Shown in pieces: positions 34,976-48,559 of a stretch of DNA of 64,000 nucleotides. Location of the stretch: positions 167,216,001-167,280,000 of the forward strand of contig NC_058368.1 of the NCBI RefSeq assembly GCF_018350175.1, given 5' to 3'. Under the pieces are notes generated by a model. It saw nothing but the letters and a program-made list of their open reading frames with translations, searched no databases and was not told the origin of the DNA. Made by a program: the position numbers and the translations under genes. Numbering within the stretch: the first letter of the stretch is position 1; every line of letters begins with the position of its first letter. This DNA is from Felis catus (Eukaryota).

Positions 34976-36624
34976 TTCCAAGCATAAGCGGCTTTGTAAA
35001 GTCTTAAGAGAAAAGAACCACAGCAGCCATTCTGCCCCCACTTCTCACCTGGTGTGTTATTGTAATGCTCATCTGAGGCAATATTTGTCAGAATTTTTGG
35101 AAATATTAAAAGTATGGATCAATGCAAGACAATGAGAGATGAAGGCAGAGATAACATCCTATAGCTAACTATCTCTGACCCATTAGTTTTATGTCTTTGT
35201 CCCCTGCCCCTTCTATCTAGGTCTTTTTTCTGTATCTTATTTATCTTTCATTTATTGACCCACCCTCAGAGTCTCAACCTCAACCCAAAGGAGGGCACCT
35301 TTTTAACATTATAAAATTTCAAGGGGCAGCACATGATATTTGTAATTCCTCAACCTGTTGGTTGAGAAAATATACTTAATCAACATTTAACAAACGTTCT
35401 TTGAGTACCCAGGGACTTGATGGAGTATAAGTACAGATTCCTGGAGCCTACATTCTGGTGAGGAGAGACATGTAATAAAAGAATCACACAGGCAAAAGTA
35501 AAATACAAAATGATAAGGGACGATGAATTTGGTAACTTTTACTAAAATACAAAACGCTTTTGTATTTTATTAATCACAAAAACTCCTACATTTACAGAAG
35601 GGTAGCATATATATGTACAAGGATATCATTTGTTCAGACTATATTTGGTATATTATTGCAGGCCCTTTACAATAAAACTGCTGTCCCATGTTAGGAGTTT
35701 CTATATTGTGTGACCATTGTGTCCCTAGCTAGAATTTAAGCTCATTGAGGACAGAGATCTTGCTTATTATATATTTTCCAAATAAATGTATTGAGATAAT
35801 TAACTGTTTGCTGATACCTCAGGCAACCCCCAAGTTTATTCCTCACTTCTGTTATCTTCACAATGCTGGATGCTGACCAGAAGCAGGGTGGAGTGGGGGT
35901 GGAAAATGTGTTGTACAGGGGTCAGGCTAACAGAGTCTCCACCATCTTGTGGCTGTACTCTCTGGGACACATAAAATTGCCAGGTAAGAGGACACAGGTA
36001 TGGAGGATATATTCCAACTCTAACTACCTCAGCCCAGAACTGTATCGCTATGTGATGTAATTATTCCATGGCAACTTCCCAACCACACTGGCCTGTATCT
36101 CTAGCACCCAGCATGGTGCCCAGTCAACGAATTTTCATTGAATGAACCAATGGAATGTGAAAAAGCATGTTCTTTGCAATCTAGTATCACAAAGGGATTT
36201 TTAATCCTTTCTACTATGATACAACAGACTTGGCAAAAAATATTTGCTTTCAGCCGCCACCTGGAAACATTGCAAATACAACTCAGAACCTCACATCAGT
36301 TGTCTGCAAAGTGTTCTCATGACTGTGGGAATGGGAGATGACTAGTGGCAGTCAATGGCTGCCACCTTAAGCACGTCCATTGGATTAAACCTCCCTAATA
36401 AATATCAGTCTTGTTCTCGGTTCTTTGAAGGGATAAGAGAAGCCTGCTCTCCACCAGCACTGAGACTGTCTCCTGCCAGTTTCAGAGGAAGGGTAACAAG
36501 TCCCTTCAACAGGGTAAAATATGCATGCAGACTCCCATTACACACAAAAGAAGGAAACATTAATTTTTTCAAGGTAAATACTTCTGTCAGTCGTCAAAAT
36601 TCTGGAGTTTTGGAATAAAACTGT

Positions 36625-36855
36625 CTTATATTTCTAAAGGTCTCTGAGTTTTCAAAGCACTTTTATATTAGTGATCTTAGTTGATCCTCAAAACAACACC
36701 ATGTCATGGAAGGATACAAGTTTTCATCCACACTCCAGAGGAGAGTGTTCACCAGGTTAGGTAGCCTGCCCGTGTCACGTGGTGGTAAAGAGCTGGAACT
36801 AGAGAGCACCCAGACTTCTGACTTCACACCAGCGCTCTTTCAGCATCATATCATG
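36625..36855 (-). mobile_element. MIR (MIRc-like) relic
   Basis: gttttcaaagcacttttatatt...ttgatcctcaaaacaac...gagctggaactag...cttctgact. Confidence 0.65.
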
Positions 36856-37669
36856 ATTCTTATCTTCAGAAGGATGAAGGTCCTTTTGACCCTAGGTTGT
36901 GGTTTGGGCACAGTTGCTTCCACCTTTGCAATTACTGTCAAACTTGGTTATTGTCTCCGATGCTTGCTATATAAAATGACCACAGACAGCAAAATCTGAA
37001 GGGAGCAGTTAATAAGGAGAATGCTGAGAAAGACGTCCATCTTTCTATATTCCCTCCAATGAAGTCAAGAGCAATTTCAGACAGTGCTCAGATAACTTCT
37101 TTTTTCAAGCTACGGTACTAAGCTCCCTGTAAAATAATTAAACAAATAGACAACCTGATCACAGTTCTCAGGGAGAACTAACATTTTAGCAGTCTCCTTC
37201 TAAATCTCAATTTTCCTAGGCTCTTCTCCACCATGTAACTGTTCTGAGAATGGCCTTAGTTCCCACTATTTTTTTTTAACAAACATTGAAACTCAGCGTC
37301 TTCTTTTACCAAAACATTTACATAAAACACAAGAAATCTATAACTCAGTACAATAAACAGATGGAATTCTCCTTGTCTTTCCTAAAATGACACTCTGTAT
37401 GTAATAGAACTTACAAAATTTTCTTTTGTTTTTAACTTCTTCAGTTTCTAAGAAAAGAACTTAAAATATATGAAATTAATCATATGTGGTTTACATTTAA
37501 ATCAGGCTCTTTATGTGAAATAGTTGTGTATGAGCACAGTGTCATGCTAATATGAGTGTTCAATAAATATTTGGTGAAGGATTGAGAGAATGATGCACTG
37601 CCCTGTGAGTACACATTGTCTTTGTTGTGCTGGATGACTTTCTGTAGAGCATTAAAGAAGAGAATTATA

Positions 37670-37855
37670 AAGCACGGGGTAGAGAATTAGGCCTTTGAAG
37701 ACAAAGATTCTAGTCATTAGTACTAAATAATGAAATGACTTAGGGCAAACTGCTTGACTCACCAGGCCTTTGGATTTCTCAACAATAGAATGAGAGTGTG
37801 GATAAGAATTTAGATGGTCTCTAAGGTTACTTCTAATGCTAGTAATTTCTAATTC
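37670..37855 (+). mobile_element. MIR3 relic
   Basis: tgacttagggcaaactgctt...tagatggtctctaaggttacttcta. Confidence 0.6.
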
Positions 37856-38832
37856 TAGACTGAAAAACTATCAGCCAGAGAAAAATATCACTCTCATCAG
37901 AAAATAAATATGGAAGAAAGGGTAATCTCAGGCAAGGTTTCTAAGTTTAAATGTGCCTGGGGGGTGGGGGTCTTAAGAATCATAAACAGTCTAATTGAAG
38001 ACAATAAGGACTTCCCAGAGTCTTACAGACAGTGCTTTTAGCATATTATCATCTGTCACAGAGCCCTATAAAAGGAACATAGTAGAGGGCATCAGAAGTG
38101 GGCTCTGAGGAAAAAGGAAGGGTGCTAAGGAAAGCTAATGTTTCTCCTCCTTTTTCTTTTTTTTTAACAAAGCAGTTGAGGAAAGGGAAAAAATTATGAT
38201 GAACTGTTCTGAAGTCCCAGAACTTGGGGGAATGGCTAATATATATCCCTAGGAATACAAAAGAGAAGAAACTTAAAACAAATGGAATTGATGGAAGGAG
38301 AATCCAACACAGAACTCTAATTTTTGAAGAAACTGGCGGCTTAAACAAGAACTTCAACCTGACACCAAAGGGCTAGATCTGGGATCCAAATAAGAAAGGA
38401 CTGTGCTCTACCAAAGACCATGAAGGAGCTGAAGAAGGTACCTTAGCCTTGGAGGAGAGGAAAGGAACAATGTGAATAGATTGCCTACAGGACCCCTAAC
38501 CATGAGGGACAGTATCTTGAAGCTCAGAGAGTGAGTAATAACCTCCTAGAAGGAACTGAACATTTAACTCAGCACCAGATAAGGGAGCTTCATCTTCCTC
38601 AGCCTATCATCCTGACAGTCCAGAATTTTCTCCCCCTGTTGTACAACACTTGAAATAAAACAACCATGCAACTGTGTATGTGAGAATTCCGTAGGCAGGC
38701 ACACCACAGGAGAACATGAAGCTGGGAAGAATATGACTCTGAAATATGATCTTGAAAGAACTTCTCTTTCCTCTTCTCCCTACCACAGACCCTCCCCTTT
38801 CTCTGTTTTCTCAGAGAAGGCAGAGAAAAAAA

Positions 38833-39045
38833 TTCTCTTTTCAATGTTTGTTTATTTTTGACAGAGAGAAACAGAGCATGAGCAGGGGAGGGGCAAAGAG
38901 AGAGGAGGAGACACAAAATCCCAAGTAGGCTCCAGGCTCTGAGCTGTCAACACAGAGCCCAACATGGGGCTTGAATTCATGCACCAGGAGATCATGACCT
39001 GAGCCAAAGCCAGATCCTTAACCAACTGAGCCACCCAGGTGCCCC
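38833..39045 (-). mobile_element. CAN-SINE
   Basis: TSD aaggcagagaaaa at 38817-38829 and 39046-39058. Confidence 0.95.
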
Positions 39046-39838
39046 AAGGCAGAGAAAATTTAACTGATACGGAGGCTAAAGACCACTCAGGCCTGCCAAG
39101 GAATCCCTTGGCTTTCCCTCTGGGGTTGGTGTCACACCAGCTTACAAAGCTGTCCATGAAGAAAAGCATAGACTCCACCTGAACACTCACTGTGCACCTA
39201 TCATACCTAAGGCTAGGTTTTTTTAGAGGATGAAAAGATAAGCAAGATGTAGGTCCAAGGAGAGGTAACAGGGTCTCCACTACATGAGTCTGGAAGGGTC
39301 ACATCCATTGGGCACATATTTCCTGTGTTGTAGTAGAATTTGTGGAAGGCATCTGTGGAAGGGGAAGTCCCCTGGGAAAAAAAAAAAAGATATAATTACT
39401 ATAAGGCTTCCAACCCAATGGGGGAAATAAAACAAGGAATAACCAAGACAAAGTAGAATAAACGTGTGCGATATGTGAGGTTAAAATAAAGACCGAGTGC
39501 AGGAAGAGTCAGGATCACCTCCAGGGTGACTGGAAGGATAGGGTCACAAGGAAAGGCATCAGAGTCAAGCTTGGAAGGATGGTTTACTTCCATGCTCTGC
39601 CACGCCCACACCCACTAAGCTCTACTCTTTTCTTGCCTAGAAATCCTAAAGATGCCCTACTTGTGTTTCCACTGCCTCCTATCAATTCCCTTCTCAGAGG
39701 GGTAGGGTGACCTTTTAAAATGCAAGTCTCATGCTTCTCCACTGTTCCAGACTCTCTAATTATACTTAGCATGGAGTTCAGGGTTCTTAACTTGGCTTAC
39801 AAGGCTTCACCTTGGCCTCACTACCTCTGCAGCTTCAG

Positions 39839-40050
39839 TTTTGTTTTGTTTTGTTTTAATGTTTATTTGTTTTTGAGAGAGAGAGTGGGGGGGAAGGCAG
39901 AGAGAGAGGGAGACACAGAATCTGAAGCAGGTTTCAGGCTGTGAGCTGTCAGTATTGAACTAGACATGGGGCTCGAACCCACAAACCATGAGATCATGAT
40001 CTGGCCGAAATTGGATGGATGCTCAATCGACTGAGACACCCATGTGCCCC
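39839..40050 (-). mobile_element. CAN-SINE inserted at the tail of an older SINE
   Basis: (TTTTG)n tail, GA linker, head ending catgtgcccc. Confidence 0.93.
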
Positions 40051-40051
40051 A

Positions 40052-40270
40052 GTTTTTTGTTTGTTGGTTGGTTTGGTTTTTTTTTTTCTTAGAGAAAGAG
40101 AAAGAACTTGTTCAAGGGGCAAAGGGAGAGAGAGAATATTAAGCAGGCTCAACCCTTGGCATAGAGCCCGACACAGGGCTTGATCTCATGACCATGAGAT
40201 AATGACTGTGAGATCATGACCTGAACCATAATCAAGAGTCAGACACAACTGACTGAGACACCCAGGAGCT
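40052..40270 (-). mobile_element. Older CAN-SINE with a short internal duplication
   Basis: tgaccatgagataatgactgtgagatcatgacc; head ending gacacccaggagc. Confidence 0.88.
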
Positions 40271-42194
40271 GTTGCCGCCTCATTTTAAACTCCTGATCCC
40301 ATTGTGGTCTCTGTCAGCCTTGCTGGTCTTATTCATTTCTTCCCATACTTTGCTCCCATCTGCTATAGGGAGTTTACATTTGCTATTTCCTCGGCGTGGA
40401 CTCTTCTGTCTCTTCTTCCTTGTCTAATTAATCCCTGCACCATCCCCCTCACACCTCCCCCTATTCTCCTGATACATTCCCCACCTCTACTCCCACTGCC
40501 TCTTATTAAGTGTTCCTGTGACATGCTATGCTTATCCTTCATAGCATTTATAATGGTTGATAAATCCATGCTTATTTATGGAATTATTCATTGACAGCTG
40601 ATACCCCCATACACTGCGAGCTCCATAAGGGCAGAAACTATGTCTTTGTTCTTGCCCTTGTATCTGCAGCACCTAGCTCAGGGCAGACATAAAGTAGGCA
40701 CTCGTTAACCATTCCTTGAATGAATTAATAGACATTAGAGATCAATCATCCAGCCCCCTTTTAGAAGAGGGAACTGAGGTTCAGAAAGGCAAACTGGCAT
40801 GTTCAAAGTCCCAAGTTGCTGAACCAGGAAAAGTACTCTTGTCTCCAGACTCTCATTCCATAGGTCTCATCTAATTCTACCACATGGCCCTGAAGCTTGT
40901 TCAAGGGCCAAGTCACAGCCTCCAATTTTATTCCTGGGACAAAAGGTGATTGAGAAGAGAGACAAAAGGAATTATTCATTGAGTCATATGAGCAGTTGAA
41001 CATAAATGAGAAATTGAGAAATGAAAGACTGAAACTCAAAAATGGATGAGTGGGTGGTGTGGTTAATGTATTGACACCCAGATGAGAGACTGATCTGGGT
41101 GACCAGCCTGAGATGTATATGCATACAGGCACAGGGCATGAGGTTTCACAAAGACGTACATATACCTGGCCAACAGCTAATTAAGAGAAAGAATTTTCAA
41201 GGGAACATGTGGGTGTGCTGGAAAGTACAACAGGATCGAGTTTTGTTCAATTGGTTTTGGATCATGAATTCTTCCTGAGGGATAAGGGAGTGGCAGTAGA
41301 GGGAAAAAGGAACAAGGTGGAAAATAGACAGTCTATTGATGTTTTCATATTTGAGGAATTGTACTTAATAAATAATGAGGATGCTGTTGAGTTTAAAAAT
41401 GCCAAGTCTGGGAAAAAAAATAATAATGGAAGAATTGGAAGCCAAAGAAATAGCTTATGTCTGATGAAGTGATGGGGGCTGGAGATGAGAGAGGGGCTCC
41501 ATGCTGGCACCACACCCTTCTGTTCAGCCAGATCACATCTTGGCCATAATCCTTCCTTTCAACCAGTGCCAGTCACAAGGAGGAGGTGTGAATCTGGGGC
41601 CAAGGCTGAAGCACAAGGTTCATGAGCCACAAAGGGTAGGGCTGCCTCAGCCTAGGCAGAGAAGGCAAGTGCTCTTTTATATTTCTGCTGATAGAAGCAC
41701 AATGTTTTAACTCAAAACTGGAGGGTTATTAGTTTCCCAACCAAAAGAAAGAGTCTCAAATGTGGGATTCCACATAGCAAGGCTTCTTTTGAACTCCCCA
41801 GCCCTCAACATCTGCAGCCGTTTCTGTTCTTCAAGCGTTGCCAACTTCTGTGTTAAAGACTGATATCTGCATGGACACGTGGGTTCTGGCAGCCTCTGTT
41901 CAGTGCAACAGGCTGAGGGAAGCAGAGGCAGCAAGGAGAGGGGCAAGGGATTCTTTGTGCGTGGCTCTACTCTAAATCTCCACCTACAGGACAACTTAAG
42001 ATTGGATAAATATGAAGTGCAGGCTATAAGTGCATTTAGTCTTTTCGTGTGAAACTGCCTGAGACTTACATACGGGTAAATAAATAACAGGAATTAAAAA
42101 AATAATAATAGTCCTGTGGTACTCTAGATAATGTTATTTTCAGATTTTAGAGGAGTAAGAATACATTTTAAAATTAATTTTTACACAGAGAATA

Positions 42195-42423
42195 ATCAGA
42201 GTGGCAAAGAGAGTACAGACTTGGGCTTACATAGTTTTGAATCCTGGCTGGGTAACTGTGAGGAAGTTGTTCAACCTCTCTGAGGCTCATTTTCCTAGTT
42301 TTCCTGCTGTAAAAGGAGAGTCGCAACATTCCTTTGGAGACTTTTGGAAGGATTGGAGATAATATCTGAAAGCACATATGCAGAGCATGAAGTAACAGGC
42401 ACTGGTTAAATGGCAGCTGCATT
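42195..42423 (+). mobile_element. MIR (MIRb-like) relic
   Basis: ttgaatcctggct...aacctctctgaggctcattttcct...gagataatatctgaaagcac...aaatggcagct. Confidence 0.75.
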
Positions 42424-42789
42424 TCCACAGAACTATGAAAGAAAACAAGGCAGTGTTTTTCAGGTCACTGTTTTTAACAAATCATTAATGAGATTATGAA
42501 ACTTCAGTTAGTAAAAATAAACTCAGAACAGATATACAGAGCTGGACCCTGAAAAGCCATTCTTCATTCTGGTTTCAGATCCCAGTTATCAGCCATTCCC
42601 CCAATTTCCTTTCATTCATGCAGAGGCTGTGAGGCAAGGTTCTATATCCCTAAAAATGTAGGAAGTTAACTATGGTATGATTTTAGTCACAGCAAAGTTA
42701 AGAAGTCCTTAAAGTCCTTGCCTCTTACACCACGACTTTGCTTTGCTCACTTGCATGTTCTTAGAGTTGCTGAAAAATCGGCCTCAGAA

Positions 42790-42980
42790 GGGAACCTGGG
42801 TGGCTCTGGACACTCAAGCACCCAACTGTTGATTTTGGCTCAGGTCATGATCCCGAAGTTGTGGTATCCAGCTCGTGGTGGGCTCCCCGTTGCCAAGTGT
42901 GGAGCTTGCTTAGGATTCTCTCCCTCTTCCCTTCTCTGCCTCCTCTCTCTCTCAAATTTAAACAAAACAAAACAAAACAA
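42790..42980 (+). mobile_element. Old, diverged CAN-SINE
   Basis: gggaacctgggtggctc...ttgattttggctcaggtcatgatc...CT linker, (AAAAC)n tail. Confidence 0.85.
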
Positions 42981-43359
42981 CCTTAGAAGAGAAATGTATT
43001 TAGCTTAAGGCTTCAAATCCTGTTTAAGTACCAACACTTGCATATTATTAGCTATCACTTCTCTGGAGAGGAGTCCCCAGACTGCATCTCTCTGCTAAGT
43101 GCCAGCCACATAGCTTCAGTGCCCCAAAAGACAATTATTCCAGCCCATTCTATAGGTTTTTAGACTTGAGCAACTAATGGGAAATTATAAAGTACTTAGA
43201 AACCGTACAATTCCATGGATAGTGTCCACACTGCAGTGTTTCTTTGTTAAGAGTTTTAGCGCCTTCGCTCCAGTCACAGATCTACTCATTTTTCATGAAC
43301 ACACAGTAACCATGCCTCCTTATAACTACTCCCCACCATCCTCCAATTGAGAATGCCTT

Positions 43360-43644
43360 CCCCCTCCAGCTTTATTGAAAAATAATTGACCAATAAAATT
43401 GTATGTATTTAAAGTGCACAATACGATGATTTGATATATGTATACATGTGAAATGATTAACAAATTTAACATACTCATCACCTCACATAGTTACCGTTTC
43501 TGTGTGTGTGCATGTATGCACACGATGAGAACACTTAAGATCTACTCTCTTAGCAAATTTCAAGTATCCCACACAGTATATTATTAACTATAGTCACCAT
43601 GCTGACCTTAGATCTCCAGAACTGATTCATCTAAAGGAAAGTTT
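43360..43644 (-). mobile_element. 5'-truncated L1 (L1MA8/9-like 3' end)
   Basis: cagctttattgaaaaataattgac...cacttaagatctactctcttagcaaatttcaag; TSD agaa(t/a)gcctt at 43350-43359 and 43645-43654. Confidence 0.85.
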
Positions 43645-43959
43645 AGAAAGCCTTTTAAAAATCCTCTCTCCACCTCAGTTTCTAAGCCTGAAGCAAGATC
43701 AGCTCAACTATTACATCTGCTACCAAGACTTTGCAGCCATCCTACCCTCAATGACATTTACTTCCTGTGAACTCATTCAAAAGGATTTCTTGAATACCTA
43801 CAGTGTTCCAGGTCAGGTCCAGAGCGTTCATTATCTGCCACTCTCCTGTGACATTTAATCATCTGCTTTTGGAACACTTCTGTCATTATTTAACTCTAGT
43901 CATCTGAATGGTCGCACTATCTCTTGGATTCATTAGATAGGTTGTATTCATTAGATTTT

Positions 43960-44181
43960 ATTTTATTTTTTTCATGTTTATTTATTTTTGAGAGAAAGAG
44001 ACACAGAGCGTGAGCTGGGGAGGAACAGAGAGAGAGGGAGAGGGAGACACAGAATCTGAAGCAGGCTCCAGGCTCTGAGCGGTCAGCACAGAGCCCAACG
44101 CGGGGCTTGAACCCTCAAACTGTGAGATCATGACTTGAGCCAAAGTCAGACACTTAACAGACTGAGCTGCCCAGGCGCCCC
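43960..44181 (-). mobile_element. CAN-SINE
   Basis: TSD tattcattag(a/g)tttt at 43945-43959 and 44182-44196. Confidence 0.96.
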
Positions 44182-44657
44182 TATTCATTAGGTTTTAAAT
44201 AAACTTCTGTTCTTCATAATCCAAGCATCAGTCAATGTGATAAAACAGATCCTTATTGATGTTTTGAATAAAAGAGCCAGTGAACTTCTATGAGATACTA
44301 CGTGAATAAGGCACTGTTTACTCTTTTGGGCAAATAAATGTTTCATACTTATTCAATATGGTTTTCACCAGGCATGTGAAAGACTCAGAACTACAGTGTT
44401 TGGAAGCCAAGCATTTATATTTGCCAATTCTCACTCTGACTGAAGCCAGTGCTGGCTCCATAGCTTCTCATCCCCTCAGCCAGGTGAGGCTTACATTTGT
44501 CAGAGATCCACGAAGCTACTTTCACCTGAGAAATTTTGACTGTGTACTCTTACAGGTTCTTAAAGTGTGTATGCCCCCTACTTATTATTCTGACCTAGAG
44601 GTTTGGTGTTAAAATTAGAGATACACTTTGAGACTGTCTGCATATATATGTAGATAT

Positions 44658-44767
44658 ATAAATAAAATACTATATTTTAAAAGGTGGATTTCTCCATGTA
44701 GACAGAGGGAAGATAAATAAAATACTATATTTTAAAAGGTGGATTTCTCCATGTAGACAGAGGGAAG
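44658..44767. repeat. Perfect 55-bp tandem duplication
   Basis: ataaataaaatactatattttaaaaggtggatttctccatgtagacagagggaag at 44658-44712 and 44713-44767. Confidence 0.98.
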
Positions 44768-45112
44768 CTTCCCTGAGAGTGTCCATGTGGTGAACAACAC
44801 GGGCCTGCAGGCGAGGAGGTTTTTTAGTATCCCAAAGAGGAACAGAATCTGTAAAAGAGGCTCATATAAATGTTTTCACATGCTTACAGAGGTGAACCAA
44901 GAGCCAATTTGCCTCTTCTTTAAAAGAAAAAAAGAGCTTATGAAAAAGGGAGTTGTTTATAGTCATTTAAAACTCCATATCCATAAAACAGGATAAGGAA
45001 TGTCTCAACACTGTAGATAAAAGTCATTTGGAGAGCGAACACTCCCTTTAAACCAAGGAATGAATGCTGATTAGATGAGGGAAGTGAAAGAAAGAGGTAA
45101 AACACCTATTAT

Positions 45113-45445
45113 TAATAATAATAAAATGACTTTGAACTTCTCCAGTGCCTTTCATCTGGGAATTTCAATTTGCTTATATTAACTAATTAAACCTCACTTT
45201 TACTTTATCACCCTGTGTAAGAGAATAAGGCTAACACTTAGAATTTCTCCTTTCTCTTGTAGATTTAAGTACTTTGCAATCATTTGTTGTCCAAGGCTAC
45301 AACCTACTGAGTAAGCTAGTGTAATTATTCCCTTTTGTACAGGTAGGGAAACTGAGACAAAAACATAACATCTTGCCAAGACCACACAGTGAGACAGATG
45401 CAGAACCACGAAGCCAACAAATATTTGAATCCAGGGCTCCTGGTG
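45113..45445 (-). mobile_element. Ancient amniote MIR (MIR1_Amn-like)
   Basis: aataata...ccagtgcctttcatctgggaatttcaa...aattaaacctcac...acaggtagggaaactgagac...ttgccaagaccacacagtgag. Confidence 0.6.
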
Positions 45446-45839
45446 GAAAAAGTGAATCAGTCCACTTCCCCCACTCTCCCTCCAAACGAATAACCTTAGT
45501 GAAGGAACTTCAGAAGTCTTAAAAATCAACTTAGAAGTAGTAGAATCATGTGAAATCTTCTAAATACTCCAAGTCAGAAACCTGAGCAAGTCTAACTAGT
45601 AACCCACAATAGGACAGGAGGAGGAAAAGAGGATGAGGGCCACATTCATAGTTTTTCCAAAGACCCACCTAGCTTTCAGAATGGAGAACCGATGAAGACA
45701 ACAATCTATAACTTGTACTTCCTGTGTATGTTGTTGTTATTTGGTCCCAGCTCAAATTGCCTTCTCTTCCCTTCCCATCCCCACCAAGTATTGGGGAAGG
45801 GGCTAGCAATATCTCAAATGTGTTAAATTCCAGATCCCT

Positions 45840-45859
45840 CCCCCCCCCCCCCCCCCCCC
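45840..45859. repeat. C20 homopolymer
   Basis: Directly visible. Confidence 0.95.
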
Positions 45860-46939
45860 ACGGAATTCTCAATGGCAGCATCAATGACAACTCTTGGAGA
45901 CAACGGGGCATTTTTAGCCCCTTAGAACCTACTCATTAGAAGTTAGTGAACTTATGAAAAGTAACTGCTTTAAATATCATTTTTTTAAAATTCAAATATT
46001 GTACTGAAAAAAAAATACTTTGTCAAAAGACATTCGTGGTCACTTGACCTTTTCCAAACCTAGAATGTTAGCCTTACTAAAATCCACAGCTTTTCTGCCT
46101 CTCTCATCTAACCCCTAGATGAGTATTTTATTTAACTTTAGAGGCAAATGAAGTATTTTATTTCCTTTGTGAACTTTCCAAGCGCCTTTTGCCCTAGGCA
46201 ACAAGCAAGGGGCGAATTTAAGACGTGGTGAAACAAAACGTGGCTTGGCTGTTCCTGTCAAAAAATAAAAATCAACAATATGTCCAGCAGTTGAGATAAA
46301 TACCTTCCAAACTTGCATCTTGTATCTGAAGCAGGGTCAGATTAGGCCAGGCCCCACCATCACTCCCACTGGTTGTTATTGCTACAGAGGCTAGTGTCAC
46401 ATCGGACCAAATATGGCCCCTTGCCTCCCATAGCCCGGGTTCCCTGAAGCCAGATGGTGCACTTTGGCATAGTCTTAAGACTACAGTCTTAAGGCTATCT
46501 GTAGAAACATAAACATAAATCTCCCCTTGATGACTAATCTCAATCAGGCAAGGTACAAGTCAGATGGCACACACCGAACTGCCCATTTCCCAGCAGAAAA
46601 CTTGTTCCACTCATACTTCTCTTAATTTAACATGTCAACAGAAATACTAACAGAAATAGAAGCCTCTGATTTTCTATAAATTAGAATTTATTTACTCTTC
46701 CATTAGCCCACCCTGCAGAACAGCAACAATAAAAGACATTCTCTTCCAGATGTAAATTCAGAGTCCTGCAAATATTGTCAACTTTGCCAGTGATAAAGTC
46801 ATGATTTCCCCCTCTTAAAAAAAAAAAATAACTGAAAAAAAATAACAGTTCAAAAACAGGCACACTGCAGGAAGAGTCAGAGCAAACTAGTTGTAGAAAT
46901 AAAATTGTTTAAAACTTTGAATTAAATATCCTTGAAACA

Positions 46940-46943
<4 letters not shown>

Positions 46944-46979
<36 letters not shown>
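46944..46979. repeat. (CA)n microsatellite
   Basis: Directly visible. Confidence 0.97.
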
Positions 46980-46981
<2 letters not shown>

Positions 46982-48396
46982 TCAAATCAAAAGATAATGT
47001 GTAAAGTTCTCTTAAGGAGATATAATTTGGCAAGTGACTGTCTGGCAGAAACACTGCTTTTACACCACTGGCAAAAGTTATTCACTGGATGCACAACAGC
47101 TAAACTGCAAGTTCCTGGGAGAAACCAGCTCTTTAAATCTCAATGAGAGGTTAGAAGGCCTTTGCCTGTTCTTAGCTTTAAATCTGCCAAGCTGGCATGG
47201 GGGCAGCTCATTTTTCCTTAATACAAGTCTTCATTCAAAAGCAAAATTGGGCCCTACTGTCCCTTGCAATTACATTTCAGTGGCTTAAGCTGGGTGTTTG
47301 TGTTTTTTCTAGGTGATTAATAGCGCTCACATTTAAATGGTCACAGTCATCCTCTACAGTCATTAACACCCCATTAAGATGGATGAGAAGAACTTCACAC
47401 CTTTTGTTTCAGTCTGCTGGGCCCTGGACTTAACAAAACAGCAAGGCACTGATTTAGGGAGGGAAGATTATCTGCACAACCAGACAGGCTAAAACTTCCT
47501 TTAAAAACAAAAAAAAATTTTAAAGCCCTTCTAAAACTTCTGTGTTTGAAATACTCTTCAAATATCATTTTGAGAATGCTAACCCCAGAGTTACCCCATA
47601 CCTGAACTTACATATATATTTGGCATGGTTCTTCAGTAATGTTTATAGAGCTCTGGGTTTCTTCTCTACTGTTTCCTTTGCTCTAAGCCTATAATTATGA
47701 TTGAGAGACTTCTGTTTGTAAGGAAAAGCAGTAGTAACATGAATATCTAGTTACCTTTGAGGGAAAATACTTTAGTGGAAGTTCATGCATGACAATCTAA
47801 ACACTGGCTCTGTTTCTCCCAAATGGTAGTAAAAACCCCATGTTTTTGGAAAATTCAAGTAAGTTAATTGTTCCTACTTAAAGGGAAAATGAAGAAAAAG
47901 TTGAGAGCAAGATGCTGCCTGAGACTGTTTAACCAGTGGAGTGGCCAATTACGGTTGGTGTTTTTAATTTCTCTTCAAAAACGCATTCCCTCAAGAGAGT
48001 CCTGTGTGATGACAGCAGTAAACTTTGTAGCAAAACCACTTGTTTATAAACTCGCAAAATACTACACTTCATCTTTTTGAGTTGAAGTTCTTAGAGGCAG
48101 AGAGCAAGGCACACTCCTCTTATAAAACCAGCTTCCACTTAGCTGCCACGGTTTTTCTTCTGTGGATAGGAGGTTGTCAGTCAATCATCGTGGTATCACC
48201 ATTGCTGTCATTTGACCTCGCAGTTAAGAAAGTGACTTTATTGACTCAAAAGTTATTTGTTACTATTACTTTCCACTGAAACAGTTACCTTTCAAATCAT
48301 ACAGTAAAAGGTAAGTTTTTAATAAAGGAAACATGCCTATCTTAACCCAGTCATATCAAAGTTCATAATCTACAGTATCTCACATCCTCGCAAACA

Positions 48397-48398
<2 letters not shown>

Positions 48399-48446
<48 letters not shown>
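48399..48446. repeat. (AC)n microsatellite
   Basis: Directly visible. Confidence 0.97.
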
Positions 48447-48447
<1 letters not shown>

Positions 48448-48559
48448 ACTGATATTCTTTGTCATAGTTTCATACATTGTAAGGAAAGTCTTTGTCCAAG
48501 GTCACACGTAGCAACTCACCTCCAGCATTCTGACAAGTTATCTATACCTAATTTTGACA

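Larger units (their letters stand above)
39620..40730 (+). mobile_element. L2 3' relic interrupted by two SINEs
   Basis: cttaacttggcttacaaggcttc...; ends gtaggcactcgttaaccattccttgaatgaat. Confidence 0.65.

Noticed and set aside
35050..35111. Possible exon CYCNAHLRQYLSEFLEILK ending at AAA|GTATGG
   Set aside because: No AG acceptor in the required position; cannot be supported.
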